This document shows positions 10,372-19,131 of a DNA stretch of 31,139 bases, piece by piece. The translations under genes were made by a program, and so were the position numbers. A model generated the notes under the pieces. It saw only the letters and a program-made list of their open reading frames with translations. It did no database searches and had not been told where the DNA came from. Position 1 is the first letter of the stretch, and each line of letters opens with the position of its first letter. This DNA is from a virus (lineage: Duplodnaviria; Caudoviricetes): positions 1 through 31,139 of the IMG/VR virus record IMGVR_UViG_3300027835_000018; one strand, written 5' to 3'.

Positions 10372-11132
10372 CAGAGATTCTCCGTCTCGATAGGTTCAGG
10401 TTGACGCTTGGGGCGTCTTGGAATGATCGTGACCGCCGTCTTCCAGCGGTGGCAAGTTGGACAAAGGAGCTGTCCATTCGACGGCTCGTTGGAGCCGCCG
10501 AGAGCTACCGGAACGACGTGATCAAACTCCGTGAGATCGTAGGCGCCGCACCACGCACAGCACCCAGCGAAGGCCTCATAGATGAGCCTCTTGGTGGCTT
10601 CCGTGAATGCGGAGCCACGACTCTTCAAAAGCGACCGATCGTGCTTGTATCGCGGATTGAGGGTGCCACTCAGTCGATTCGAGTGATGACCAGCAAGACA
10701 CTCGGGAATGCCCGTGCGGAAGTGACATCGTCGGATCGCGATCCGTCGGCCGCAGCCGCAGCCGCAAATGTGCTTGCCGCGGTTCTCTCGCACCCATGCA
10801 TCCAGCGCCTTGGCCCTTTCCCTGACGCGGCTCTCATGGCCGTGGCGAAACGCCGGAATGCCGTTCTTGCGGTGCCACGGCTGCAGGAGGATGCGCTCGC
10901 CGCAACCGCAAGCGCATAGAGGGGCCTCTTGGTGCTTCAGCCACTCTGCTTGCGTCAGACCGTCGCGGAGATTGTGGTGTCCTCGCAGGTAGCGAGGCGC
11001 GCCGTGGTATGCATGCGACTTCTTTATCGGCATCTCGCGACCGCATCCGCAGGCACAGACCGAAGCGGCCTGGGCGGCCATCCATGCCGACAGGGCGCCC
11101 CGAGCTCGTCTCTTGGGCAGCACGGCGGCCAT
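10371..11132 (-). CDS. HNH endonuclease with three N-terminal CxCGCG repeats
   Basis: C-terminal CAWCG...[31 protein letters not shown]; repeats CACGCG, CACGCG, CGCGCG, each followed by a GH motif. Confidence 0.88.
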   Translation of the reverse strand: MAAVLPKRRARGALSAWMAAQAASVCACGCGREMPIKKSHAYHGAPRYLRGHHNLRDGLTQAEWLKHQEAPLCACGCGERILLQPWHRKNGIPAFRHGHESRVRERAKALDAWVRENRGKHICGCGCGRRIAIRRCHFRTGIPECLAGHHSNRLSGTLNPRYKHDRSLLKSRGSAFTEATKRLIYEAFAGCCAWCGAYDLTEFDHVVPVALGGSNEPSNGQLLCPTCHRWKTAVTIIPRRPKRQPEPIETENL

Positions 11133-11134
11133 GG

Positions 11135-12706
11135 CTAGGTTTCGACTCCGAGCACGGCTTGGCTGATGCGGACGACGATGAACTCTGCTGGCTTCTGAGT
11201 CGCCAGGCCCACGCGAACGACGAGCTTGCCCTCGAATACGAGGTTCACGTCGTCCAGTACATCGACGAAGAACGCCTTCTCCGGTTCCCTGCTGCGGAAC
11301 GCCCCGTTCTGCATCTGTGCGGTCAGGAAGCTGGTCAGCGTCCTCCGAACTTCCGCACGCAGCGCCTCGTCGTTGTTGCGGTGCCGAGCAAACTGCAGCC
11401 CGGACTTGAGGCTCGTCTCGATGAAGCTGACCCCGCGCCGTTCCGAGACGAACGGAAAGTTTCCGTCGGCCTTGAGCGCGCGCGAGCCGTCGATGTAGCG
11501 CGGCAGACCCGGCCCCGTGGTGAGCGGGTTGATGCGTTTCGGGTACACAAGGTCGCGTTTGAGCTCTTCGAGGACCTCATCGGTCTCGAAGCCGCTGATG
11601 CCGACCAGGCGGCCCTTCTCGATGCCCGCGGGCGGGTCGTAGACTCCGCCTGAACGCGCCGCGTCGGTGCGGGCGAAGACGCCGGCGATGGCGCCCGATG
11701 GCGGTACGACGATGGAGTCGAGCTCGCCGAACACGCTGCGCGCGGGGTTGGGCACCGTGACGCGGGGCCAGTAGATGGCGCCATACTCCGAGGTCCCGAG
11801 CAGCGCCGCCGTCTGCTCGACGTACGTGACCATGTCCTCGGCGCTTGCGCCGGCGGGCGGATCGAGCACGGCAAAGGCCGACCCGTCGCGGTCGCGCTCG
11901 CAGTACGTGAGGAGCTCCTGATGAACCGTCGGGGTGGCTCGGCCAGGGACGAAGAGGGTCGCGAGCTCCTGCACACGGTCGAAGGCATGCAGACCGTTGC
12001 GCGCGCCCGCCGTGCCGACGAAGTCCTCGTCATTCAGCCCCGTGAGGCCATCGTCGCCACCCGTCAGCGCGACCGTCTCCGGCACGGGGACGAGAGTCCC
12101 GATCGCGTTCAAGTCGGTGAGCCGAACGAGCAGCGAGCCGCCACGGGCTGCGTTGACCACGTGCACGACGTAGCGGTCGGCATCGCGCGACACTCGAACG
12201 TCGGCGAAGACCTCGCGGTAGCGGCCGTCCTCGATCACCGCCAAATCGAACGCGTCTGCCGCGCGCGACTTCGACTTCCGTACCTCGACCTGGATGCGAT
12301 TCGCGTACGCACCGAGGTCCTTGCCCTCGACCCGCAGCCAGTCGGTGTCCGCCGGGGCTCCGGGCGTGGCGGCGGCCGCTGCCCGCAGAACGCCCGTGGC
12401 CCGACGCGCTGCCACCGTGGTCGCGTCACTCGGGTCTACGTAGTGCGCCGTTCGCACCGCCCAAAGCTGGGTCCCGCCGTTGTCGAAGAAGCCCATGGCT
12501 GACAGCGCCAGGTCGCCTCCGAGGGTGAAGCCACCGAAGCGCTGCTGAAACTCCTCGAAGGAGGTGCAGCGCACGGCCTGCCCGATGGGGCCTCGCTGCG
12601 CGACTCCGACAGCGCCGGCCACTGAGGTGGACGCGGACGGAATGGCCCGCAGCGTCGGCGGTTCTTCCAGAATCACGACTTTCGATGAAGCCAGGTCCCG
12701 AGACAT
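11135..12706 (-). CDS. Tail sheath protein
   Basis: [67 protein letters not shown]. Confidence 0.95.
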   Translation of the reverse strand: MSRDLASSKVVILEEPPTLRAIPSASTSVAGAVGVAQRGPIGQAVRCTSFEEFQQRFGGFTLGGDLALSAMGFFDNGGTQLWAVRTAHYVDPSDATTVAARRATGVLRAAAAATPGAPADTDWLRVEGKDLGAYANRIQVEVRKSKSRAADAFDLAVIEDGRYREVFADVRVSRDADRYVVHVVNAARGGSLLVRLTDLNAIGTLVPVPETVALTGGDDGLTGLNDEDFVGTAGARNGLHAFDRVQELATLFVPGRATPTVHQELLTYCERDRDGSAFAVLDPPAGASAEDMVTYVEQTAALLGTSEYGAIYWPRVTVPNPARSVFGELDSIVVPPSGAIAGVFARTDAARSGGVYDPPAGIEKGRLVGISGFETDEVLEELKRDLVYPKRINPLTTGPGLPRYIDGSRALKADGNFPFVSERRGVSFIETSLKSGLQFARHRNNDEALRAEVRRTLTSFLTAQMQNGAFRSREPEKAFFVDVLDDVNLVFEGKLVVRVGLATQKPAEFIVVRISQAVLGVET

Positions 12707-13602
12707 CAGTTCCCTCCTCCAGTGGGCAGTGCTTCGGTGTCGAGCTGTGGCGACACCACGGTCTTGGTGAAATCGATGGGCAGCCCCTCGTCCACATCGA
12801 AGCCGCGCACGACGAAGCCGCAGGTAAATGCCCGCACGTCGTCGGGGCCATCGAGGGCCGTTCGAAACTCGCCCACCATGTCCAGGTCCCAGCGCGCCAT
12901 GCCGGCGCCGGAATCCTCCGGATCACGCGCCATCTCGATCCATCGGTTGCGGTTCAGAAACGTCGCCACCGCGGCCATGAGGGTGAGGAGCTCGACGGTG
13001 CGCTCCGATCCGCCCGTGAGCCGAAACTCGAGGTCCGCCGTGAACGCCGGCCGGCGACGGCGCAGCTCGGGCCCGGTGGGCGTGACCACGGCATCGACGA
13101 CGGGAACGTTGGTGCCGTAGATGCGGTTCTCGCGAACGGTCGGTCCCGTGACCACCAGAGCTGGGAGCGAGGCCAGTGCGACCCCAACACTCAGGCCGTC
13201 GTCGTAGTCCACCGACGTCGCCAGGCTCACGTTGGCGATCACTTGGCGCTTGAGCTCGCGCAGCAGCGTCCGGACGAGCCGGGTCAGGTCCGCCTCGCGT
13301 GCCAGGCGAGGACGTAGAAAGCGATACGCCGAGGTAAGGCGTGTGTTCTCGTTGGCCACCGGCTGGTCGGCCTGATCGAGGTTTTGAAGCAGAACATCGA
13401 CCACGGCATCGGCATGCGCGGGCGTGCGGACGTCGAGCACCGACGTCCCATCGGCCTCGCGACGAAGGGCCACGACCTGGCAGCGGCCACCGATCTCGAC
13501 CGCTACGCGCGGTCCAAATCCGGTGCCCGTCAGGCGCACGGCGTCGCCGCCGCTCGTCGGTCCCGTGGTGGGCACGACGGTCGTGATGATCGGCGACGCC
13601 AT
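12706..13602 (-). CDS. IPT/TIG (Ig-like) domain protein, probable tail terminator
   Basis: N-terminal [26 protein letters not shown] is an IPT/TIG signature. Terminator role inferred from position just upstream of the sheath. Confidence 0.65.
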   Translation of the reverse strand: MASPIITTVVPTTGPTSGGDAVRLTGTGFGPRVAVEIGGRCQVVALRREADGTSVLDVRTPAHADAVVDVLLQNLDQADQPVANENTRLTSAYRFLRPRLAREADLTRLVRTLLRELKRQVIANVSLATSVDYDDGLSVGVALASLPALVVTGPTVRENRIYGTNVPVVDAVVTPTGPELRRRRPAFTADLEFRLTGGSERTVELLTLMAAVATFLNRNRWIEMARDPEDSGAGMARWDLDMVGEFRTALDGPDDVRAFTCGFVVRGFDVDEGLPIDFTKTVVSPQLDTEALPTGGGN

Positions 13603-13604
13603 CG

Positions 13605-14207
13605 CTAGGCTCCGCCTTCGGGCAGGCCGAGCAGCCCGGCCATCCGCTTGAGGAAACGACGTTCCGCCCCCTGGCTGAACTTCCTGAACGCCGGGCGCAG
13701 GAAGGGACGTGCGGGGACCTGGACGACGATCACGCCCTTGCCCGCGCCGCCGCCAGTCGGCGTGATCCCGGCCTTCCTCAGCATCGCGAACAGGAACCGC
13801 CGGATCGCCGGCGAGACCGGCACGATCCGCGGTGCCGAGCCGAGTTCGTGCGTCTTGGCAATATCGGCGAGCGATTTGCCATCCGCCGTTCGCGCCTTGC
13901 GGGGCACCCCCACGAACGCCATGTCGCCGTCGATCACGACCGCGATCGCGTTACGCAGGTCGCCCCGCTCGATCAGCGCCTTCGTACCCTTGCGTCCCTT
14001 GAGCTGCCGGGTCGCGATCGTCAGCGGCGACAGCGGCCGGAGGGACTCGCCGCCAGGAGCCTGGGATGTGAGCCCCTCGACGATCTCCTTCCTGAGAAGG
14101 TGTGCCTCTTGGCGCAGCGCCGTGGAGGCCGCGGCCTTCACGCGCGCGGGAGCCCCCGCGAGCATGCGCCGCACCTTCGCCCAGTCGCCCGTACGCTGCG
14201 CGCTCAC
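13605..14207 (-). CDS. Virion morphogenesis / tail completion (neck) protein
   Basis: PLSPLTIATR...KALIERGDLRNAI, IAKTHELG, VPARPFLRPAF. Confidence 0.8.
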   Translation of the reverse strand: MSAQRTGDWAKVRRMLAGAPARVKAAASTALRQEAHLLRKEIVEGLTSQAPGGESLRPLSPLTIATRQLKGRKGTKALIERGDLRNAIAVVIDGDMAFVGVPRKARTADGKSLADIAKTHELGSAPRIVPVSPAIRRFLFAMLRKAGITPTGGGAGKGVIVVQVPARPFLRPAFRKFSQGAERRFLKRMAGLLGLPEGGA

Positions 14208-14209
14208 GG

Positions 14210-14833
14210 TCAGCCTCCCTGGGCTGCCAGCTGCGAGGCGTTGGCGTTCAGCCAGCGGATCGCAACGAGCGACGCCTCGTTGATGACCGCGCCGTGCCGT
14301 ACCGCATCGGCCGAGACCTTGAGCGTCTTGGCCGCCACCTCGATGTCGCCTTCGCTGACCGCATAGCCCCGCAGCTTCTCGGCGAGCTCCTCAGCACCCA
14401 GCAGCTCGCCGTAGCGCCACCAGTGGAGCTCGAGGTTCGAGCGGTAGGCGTCGGTCTCGTACTTGGCGCGTGCGGCGTCGCTGAGCAGGTAGCTGCCCAT
14501 GAAACCGAGTCCGTCGGCTTCGTACTGCGCGACGTGCTGATGCTCGTGCACGGCAGTGACGATCTGGTTCCACAGCGCGTCGCTGTTGGCCGCGACGCCG
14601 ATGGTGAACGGCACGTAGATGCGCCGGCCCAGGGTCGTCGACCACTCGCGCATGAAGCCCTCGCGGTCGGCGATGCCGAGCCGGGCCAGCGCCTCCGCCA
14701 CCAGGTACATCTCGGGCGCGCGCCGCTTCTCGAAGACACTGCTCTTGTAAAGCCGCATCATGTGGCGCCACAGGGCGCGCACGATCCCCGGCGTGACGTC
14801 GGCAACCTCGGCCTTCACGGCTGGCTCGGTCAC
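14210..14833 (-). CDS. HExxH zinc-metallopeptidase-like protein
   Basis: TTLGRRIY...VHEHQHVAQY...YETDAY zincin-like ligand arrangement; translationally coupled within the operon. Confidence 0.6.
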   Translation of the reverse strand: MTEPAVKAEVADVTPGIVRALWRHMMRLYKSSVFEKRRAPEMYLVAEALARLGIADREGFMREWSTTLGRRIYVPFTIGVAANSDALWNQIVTAVHEHQHVAQYEADGLGFMGSYLLSDAARAKYETDAYRSNLELHWWRYGELLGAEELAEKLRGYAVSEGDIEVAAKTLKVSADAVRHGAVINEASLVAIRWLNANASQLAAQGG

Positions 14834-15153
14834 GACACGTTCTCCTGGGGGCGGCAGGTGAACTGCTCATCGTCGAACGGGCCGGCGTCGAGCCCGCCCG
14901 CATCGGCGGGCAGCGCCACGCAGACCCATGGGCGGCCGGCGTGTTCGCTGATGGCTCGGCAGTCGAGTGCCGGAATCCAGGTCCGGTCGGTCGCACAGAT
15001 CTCGGCCACGTTGTCGTGGCAACGCATCTCGCCCACCTGGCACACCCCGCCGATGATGGGCGGCCGACAAGCCGCGAGGCCGGCCCACGCCATCGAGGCG
15101 ACCAGGGCGCAGAGTGCTGCAAGGTACATCCAGACCATCACACGTCTTTCCAT
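14830..15153 (-). CDS. Cys-rich putative lipoprotein
   Basis: Hydrophobic signal peptide ending in the LAAC lipobox, then CQVGEMRC...EIC...LDC...WVC. Confidence 0.6.
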   Translation of the reverse strand: MERRVMVWMYLAALCALVASMAWAGLAACRPPIIGGVCQVGEMRCHDNVAEICATDRTWIPALDCRAISEHAGRPWVCVALPADAGGLDAGPFDDEQFTCRPQENVS

Positions 15154-15162
15154 GGGTCGCCT

Positions 15163-15756
15163 CTACGCCGTCCGTCCGAACGTGTGCAGGCGGGCGTGAA
15201 CGACCTCGGCGCGATACGCGCTGTGTCGGTGGACGTGCACCGATACCTTCGACGAGCGAGTCTTCGGCGGCTGGACCGGGTCCTGGTTCTGCAGCTCGGG
15301 GTGTGGGCAACGCCGCAGGACGGCCTCGGCCTCCTTGATCCCGATTCGCTCCAGGACTTCGGCGGTTCGACACGTGTCCGGCGAGGGCGGCCTTGTGGGG
15401 TCTTGCGGCCCGAGACGCTCGAGTGCTCGCTTCCAGACGCAGTGGAGCAGGCTCGCATTAACAGCCGGGGCAGCCGGAGCGCAGGTGTCTTGATTGGCGC
15501 TCGAGACCGGCTCGGAGTCTCCGGTAGGTGCAGTCAACGGAGCAGGCGCAGTCGCCCACGGTACTCCGGAGTCGAGCACGCACGTCACCTCATCCGGGCT
15601 ATTCGAGACAGGGCTCGCCGGCGCAGGATCGTCGTCCGCGGGCGTCGCCGCTTGAGGCGACCGGCAGCCCGTCGCCAAGGCGGGCATCGCGAGACATGCC
15701 AGAAGGAATAGAGACAACCACCGGCTGCAGCGGATCGTTTGCGGCTTCTTCGTCAT
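15163..15756 (-). CDS. Putative lipoprotein
   Basis: Basic N-terminus, hydrophobic stretch and ATGC lipobox; Pro/Ala-rich linker; AGGGAG upstream. Confidence 0.5.
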   Translation of the reverse strand: MTKKPQTIRCSRWLSLFLLACLAMPALATGCRSPQAATPADDDPAPASPVSNSPDEVTCVLDSGVPWATAPAPLTAPTGDSEPVSSANQDTCAPAAPAVNASLLHCVWKRALERLGPQDPTRPPSPDTCRTAEVLERIGIKEAEAVLRRCPHPELQNQDPVQPPKTRSSKVSVHVHRHSAYRAEVVHARLHTFGRTA

Positions 15757-15761
15757 CGAGA

Positions 15762-16274
15762 TCAGCTCTCCCTTGGTGCTGCGGTGCGGTGCTCATCAAA
15801 CTGGACGAGCAGCAGATTCCTGGTTGGGCCTGCCCTATGCAGCCCGAACCCAATCGGTCGTACTTCCGTGGCGTAGAGACCGGACGGCGTGCGAGTGGCC
15901 TGCACGAGCCGGCCGGCCTTGTCGTAGATTCCAGCAAGCCGATCGCCGGTCCGAATCAGGGCCTCGCCGGTTAAGGCGTCCACCAGTCCGAGCCGCTCCA
16001 GATCCTTGAAATGGAACACCAGCGTCAGCTTCGAGCTCGGCGCGTTTCCTGCCGGGTACATGCGCTCGGCCTCGAACTCCTGCGTCTCGACCTGGCACGG
16101 GATCCGGACCGGCGGATGCTCGGCGCGCACACGCTCGCCGAGCCCATCGTCGTCGCGGTCGAGCAGCACGGGCTCCTTGAAGTCCGCGTCGAACCCATCA
16201 CCGTGCGCGACGACACCGGCTGGGTCGTAGCGGCGGACTTCGGCCAGGAACGCGAAGATCAAGGAGCCGCGCAT
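15762..16274 (-). CDS. Probable head closure / head-tail joining protein
   Basis: MRGSLIFAFLAEVRR start by TGATG overlap at 16274; function inferred from position after the adaptor. Confidence 0.55.
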   Translation of the reverse strand: MRGSLIFAFLAEVRRYDPAGVVAHGDGFDADFKEPVLLDRDDDGLGERVRAEHPPVRIPCQVETQEFEAERMYPAGNAPSSKLTLVFHFKDLERLGLVDALTGEALIRTGDRLAGIYDKAGRLVQATRTPSGLYATEVRPIGFGLHRAGPTRNLLLVQFDEHRTAAPRES

Positions 16275-16909
16275 CACGCCGCTCCCAGGCCAACCGGGCG
16301 GCGGTAGCGTGCGATCAGGTGATCGACCTCGGGATCGCCGGTCAGCGGCTCGACGACACCGTTGAGCGGCGCCAGGCGATAGCTCTGATCGCGCGTCGAC
16401 TCCTCGACGATCCGCCACCGATTCCGAACCTCGACACCGCCGTCGCCTTCGCCGAGCTTGGGCACGAGGGTGATCGCCAGGATCATCGCCGCGCGACGGA
16501 TGGCGAAAGGCGTCCTGCCCGTAGCACTGCCATCCTCCTCGGTATAGCCCCACAGCCCGTCGGCCACGACGACGCCGAGGCTTCGCGGGAAGCACATGCC
16601 CCCCCTCAGCCACAGCCTCGGGGCGACGAACCACGGCTGGGCCGGCGTCCCTTCGAAGTCGAACTCGTCGGCCGAGAAGGTCGCTCCGCCGACCGAGAGC
16701 CGCTCGATTCGAATCGGGGGCACAGGTGGCTCAATCGACGGCGTCCCACGACCGTCCATCTCCAACGTCAGCGGCCGAGGCTCGAAGAACCAGCCCGTCA
16801 CTCTGTCGATGATGGAGGTCGCCTCACTCAGCGCCCCGGCCAGGCGCTCGTCGGAAGCCATCTCGGGCGTCACGCCCTCGGCGCGCAGGTCGGCCACCGA
16901 CGCGTACAT
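16274..16909 (-). CDS. Head-tail adaptor (connector) protein
   Basis: MYASVADLRAE...ALSEATSIIDRVTG, WGY...TP.AIRRAA, TGDPEVD.LIARYRR; ATG 16909. Confidence 0.75.
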   Translation of the reverse strand: MYASVADLRAEGVTPEMASDERLAGALSEATSIIDRVTGWFFEPRPLTLEMDGRGTPSIEPPVPPIRIERLSVGGATFSADEFDFEGTPAQPWFVAPRLWLRGGMCFPRSLGVVVADGLWGYTEEDGSATGRTPFAIRRAAMILAITLVPKLGEGDGGVEVRNRWRIVEESTRDQSYRLAPLNGVVEPLTGDPEVDHLIARYRRPVGLGAA

Positions 16910-16910
16910 G

Positions 16911-17321
16911 CTACGGGCGCTCCTTCTTCGCCTTGTCGGCCTCGGCCCGCGGCGTCGTGGGCGTGGCCGTGGCCGTGGCCGCCGGACGCGCGCCAGCAAC
17001 CGCGCGCACATCGTCGGTGGTCAGGTCACCGCGACCAGCTGCCACACGCGGTGCCTCGGCCGCGTTCTTGCGCGTCTTGCCCTCGTGCTCCTCGCGCGCG
17101 TCCAGCGCCTTGGCTTCCTCCTCGGTGGCGACGTCGAACGCCAGCGGGCTATGAGGGTCCGTGTCGCGCTGCGGGACCTTGCGCAGGTACTCCGCCACCG
17201 CCTTGTCCACGACGTACCACCCGCGTTCCTCGTGGAACTTGATGCCCTGGTACGTGAACCGGCGCAGCACGTAGCCGCGGCGCGGGTCGTAGGGCTTGAG
17301 TCGAACCAGCACGGTCTCCAA
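16911..17321 (-). CDS. Hypothetical post-capsid protein
   Basis: TTG start at 17321 with GGAAGGAG upstream; fills the gap between capsid and adaptor genes. Confidence 0.6.
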   Translation of the reverse strand: METVLVRLKPYDPRRGYVLRRFTYQGIKFHEERGWYVVDKAVAEYLRKVPQRDTDPHSPLAFDVATEEEAKALDAREEHEGKTRKNAAEAPRVAAGRGDLTTDDVRAVAGARPAATATATPTTPRAEADKAKKERP

Positions 17322-17341
17322 TGGCCTGCTCCTTCCAGCTC

Positions 17342-18277
17342 TTACAGCTTCACGTTGGTGGCCTTCGCGACCGCCAGTTCCTCGCCGAAGCGGCACCCGA
17401 AGCGAAGGGTGGCGACGATCTTAAGAACACCCTCGCTGATGTCCCTGTCGGTCTCGAGGCGGATCTGCCGCCAGATACCGACATAGACATTGGCGGGATT
17501 GGTCAGCACGATCGCGGTCCGGTCCTGCGCGGTGCCGAGGTTTTCAGGCCACATCGGGATCGCCTGAAGCGGCACACCGGAGTAGAGGACCGGGGCATCG
17601 CCCTCGAGGAACTTGTCGCCGACCGCGGTGGCACGCTCGGCCAGCGAGTTGCGGTAGTCGAGCTCGGCATCGACGCTCGTCAGGTACCGCATCGCCTTCT
17701 TGTCCCGCAGGTACTCCGAGGGCAGCGCCTTGATGAGGTCGTTGAGCAGGTTCTTCGAGATGGGCGCACCAGCGGCATCGACCACGCTCGACTGCGACTG
17801 GACCAGGATGCCGTCCATCTGCGCCAGGTACGGATCCGTGGAAGCGGCGTTGCCGTTGATGACGATCTCCTCCATATCGCGGGCGATCGCCTCCGCGAGC
17901 ATGCTCATGATCGTCTGGCGCAGCTCGCCTTCCTCGAGGTTGTCCTCGAGTACCTCGTCCGAGAGCCGGACTTCCGCCTTGAAGAGCTTGGTGTCGAGCT
18001 CGATCTTCGACAGATCGGGCTTCGATCGCTCGGCGGCCGTCAGCGCGACGGCCTCGCGGCCCGGACGCAGAACGCGGTTGCCGAACTTGATCCGGGAGAT
18101 CTCCTCCTTGGGCGCGGCCATCGGCGTGACCGTCGCCAGCTGCAGCAGGGTCGACTGCTTGATGAGCAGGCGCATGAACTTCTTCGCCTGCGCCGGCTGT
18201 AGGTAGCCGCCGCCCGTCGTGAGGTCGGAAATTGCGAGGTCGGCCTTTTCGAGCAGCGTACGATTGGACGTGGGCAT
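17342..18277 (-). CDS. Major capsid protein (HK97 fold)
   Basis: [49 protein letters not shown]; 311 aa. Confidence 0.92.
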   Translation of the reverse strand: MPTSNRTLLEKADLAISDLTTGGGYLQPAQAKKFMRLLIKQSTLLQLATVTPMAAPKEEISRIKFGNRVLRPGREAVALTAAERSKPDLSKIELDTKLFKAEVRLSDEVLEDNLEEGELRQTIMSMLAEAIARDMEEIVINGNAASTDPYLAQMDGILVQSQSSVVDAAGAPISKNLLNDLIKALPSEYLRDKKAMRYLTSVDAELDYRNSLAERATAVGDKFLEGDAPVLYSGVPLQAIPMWPENLGTAQDRTAIVLTNPANVYVGIWRQIRLETDRDISEGVLKIVATLRFGCRFGEELAVAKATNVKL

Positions 18278-19131
18278 CAGACTCCCCCTCGAATCGTGTG
18301 GAAGGACAATTCCTTGTCGACGGATTCGCGGTCCTGCGGGTTGTTGAGGTTCAGCGACCAGCTCACCTTGTCGCTGTTCTCGTCCCCTCGTCCCGACCGC
18401 TCGGACCTCGGCGTGCTGTTGGGCAAGCCGTGCGCCTTTTCGAGCTTCGAGAGGCGCTGACTCTGCTCCTTGAGCGTCTGAGCGATCTCTCCGAGCTTCT
18501 GAGCCACCTCGTCGGCGGGCGACACGGCACGCGAAGCACCGCCCGCCCCCGAGGTCTGAGGACTCGTCGCGGTCAGCGTGTCGCTCAACTTGCTGACGAG
18601 ATCGCGCACCGACTTGAGCAAGTCGCGCGACTTGCTCTGCTGGGCGTCCCCGTCGTCCTCCTCCTCCTCGTCTTCCTCGTCCTTGTCGGCCTTCTCCTTG
18701 CCGGCGCTCTGCTGGCCATCCTTGCCCTCGGCATCGTCGTCCTTGGGCTTCTTTCCGCCGGCCTTCGAAGCGTCGGCTCCCGCGGCCTCCGCGAGCTGCT
18801 CGACTACCTGGCGAAGCTCGCCCGCGACCTCGTTCAGCGCCTCGGCATCGAGGTCGCCGCCTTCGCCCAGTTGCTCCACCGCCGCGGTGAGCGTCTCGAG
18901 CGCAGCCACCGCGGCCGTGCGCATGGTTGCGGCATCGGCCTTGGCGGCCTTCGATGCATCCGCCGCGCCGTCCTTTCCTTCCTTGTTCTCCTTCGACTGC
19001 GACATGTCACTCCTTTTCACGATCAGGAACTGATGCTGGTTAGCCGCTCGATCGACGAGCGAGACCTCTTCCACGACGATGTCCAGGAGCCGATGCACCT
19101 CGGCTCCGTCGTGGCCTTGCTTCCGCGTCAC
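18277..19131 (-). CDS. Capsid scaffold protein carrying an N-terminal prohead-protease segment
   Basis: GTG 19131 overlaps the upstream TGA. N-terminal [17 protein letters not shown] motif, then acidic/coiled-coil sequence; directly precedes the capsid gene. Confidence 0.75.
   Translation of the reverse strand: MTRKQGHDGAEVHRLLDIVVEEVSLVDRAANQHQFLIVKRSDMSQSKENKEGKDGAADASKAAKADAATMRTAAVAALETLTAAVEQLGEGGDLDAEALNEVAGELRQVVEQLAEAAGADASKAGGKKPKDDDAEGKDGQQSAGKEKADKDEEDEEEEDDGDAQQSKSRDLLKSVRDLVSKLSDTLTATSPQTSGAGGASRAVSPADEVAQKLGEIAQTLKEQSQRLSKLEKAHGLPNSTPRSERSGRGDENSDKVSWSLNLNNPQDRESVDKELSFHTIRGGV

Noticed and set aside
3402-12706. Stand-alone tailocin or eCIS locus
   Set aside because: Contiguous with terminase, portal, protease and capsid genes, so it is a phage tail.
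16954-16984. CGTGGC short tandem repeat
   Set aside because: Simply encodes an Ala-Thr linker; no sign of further function.
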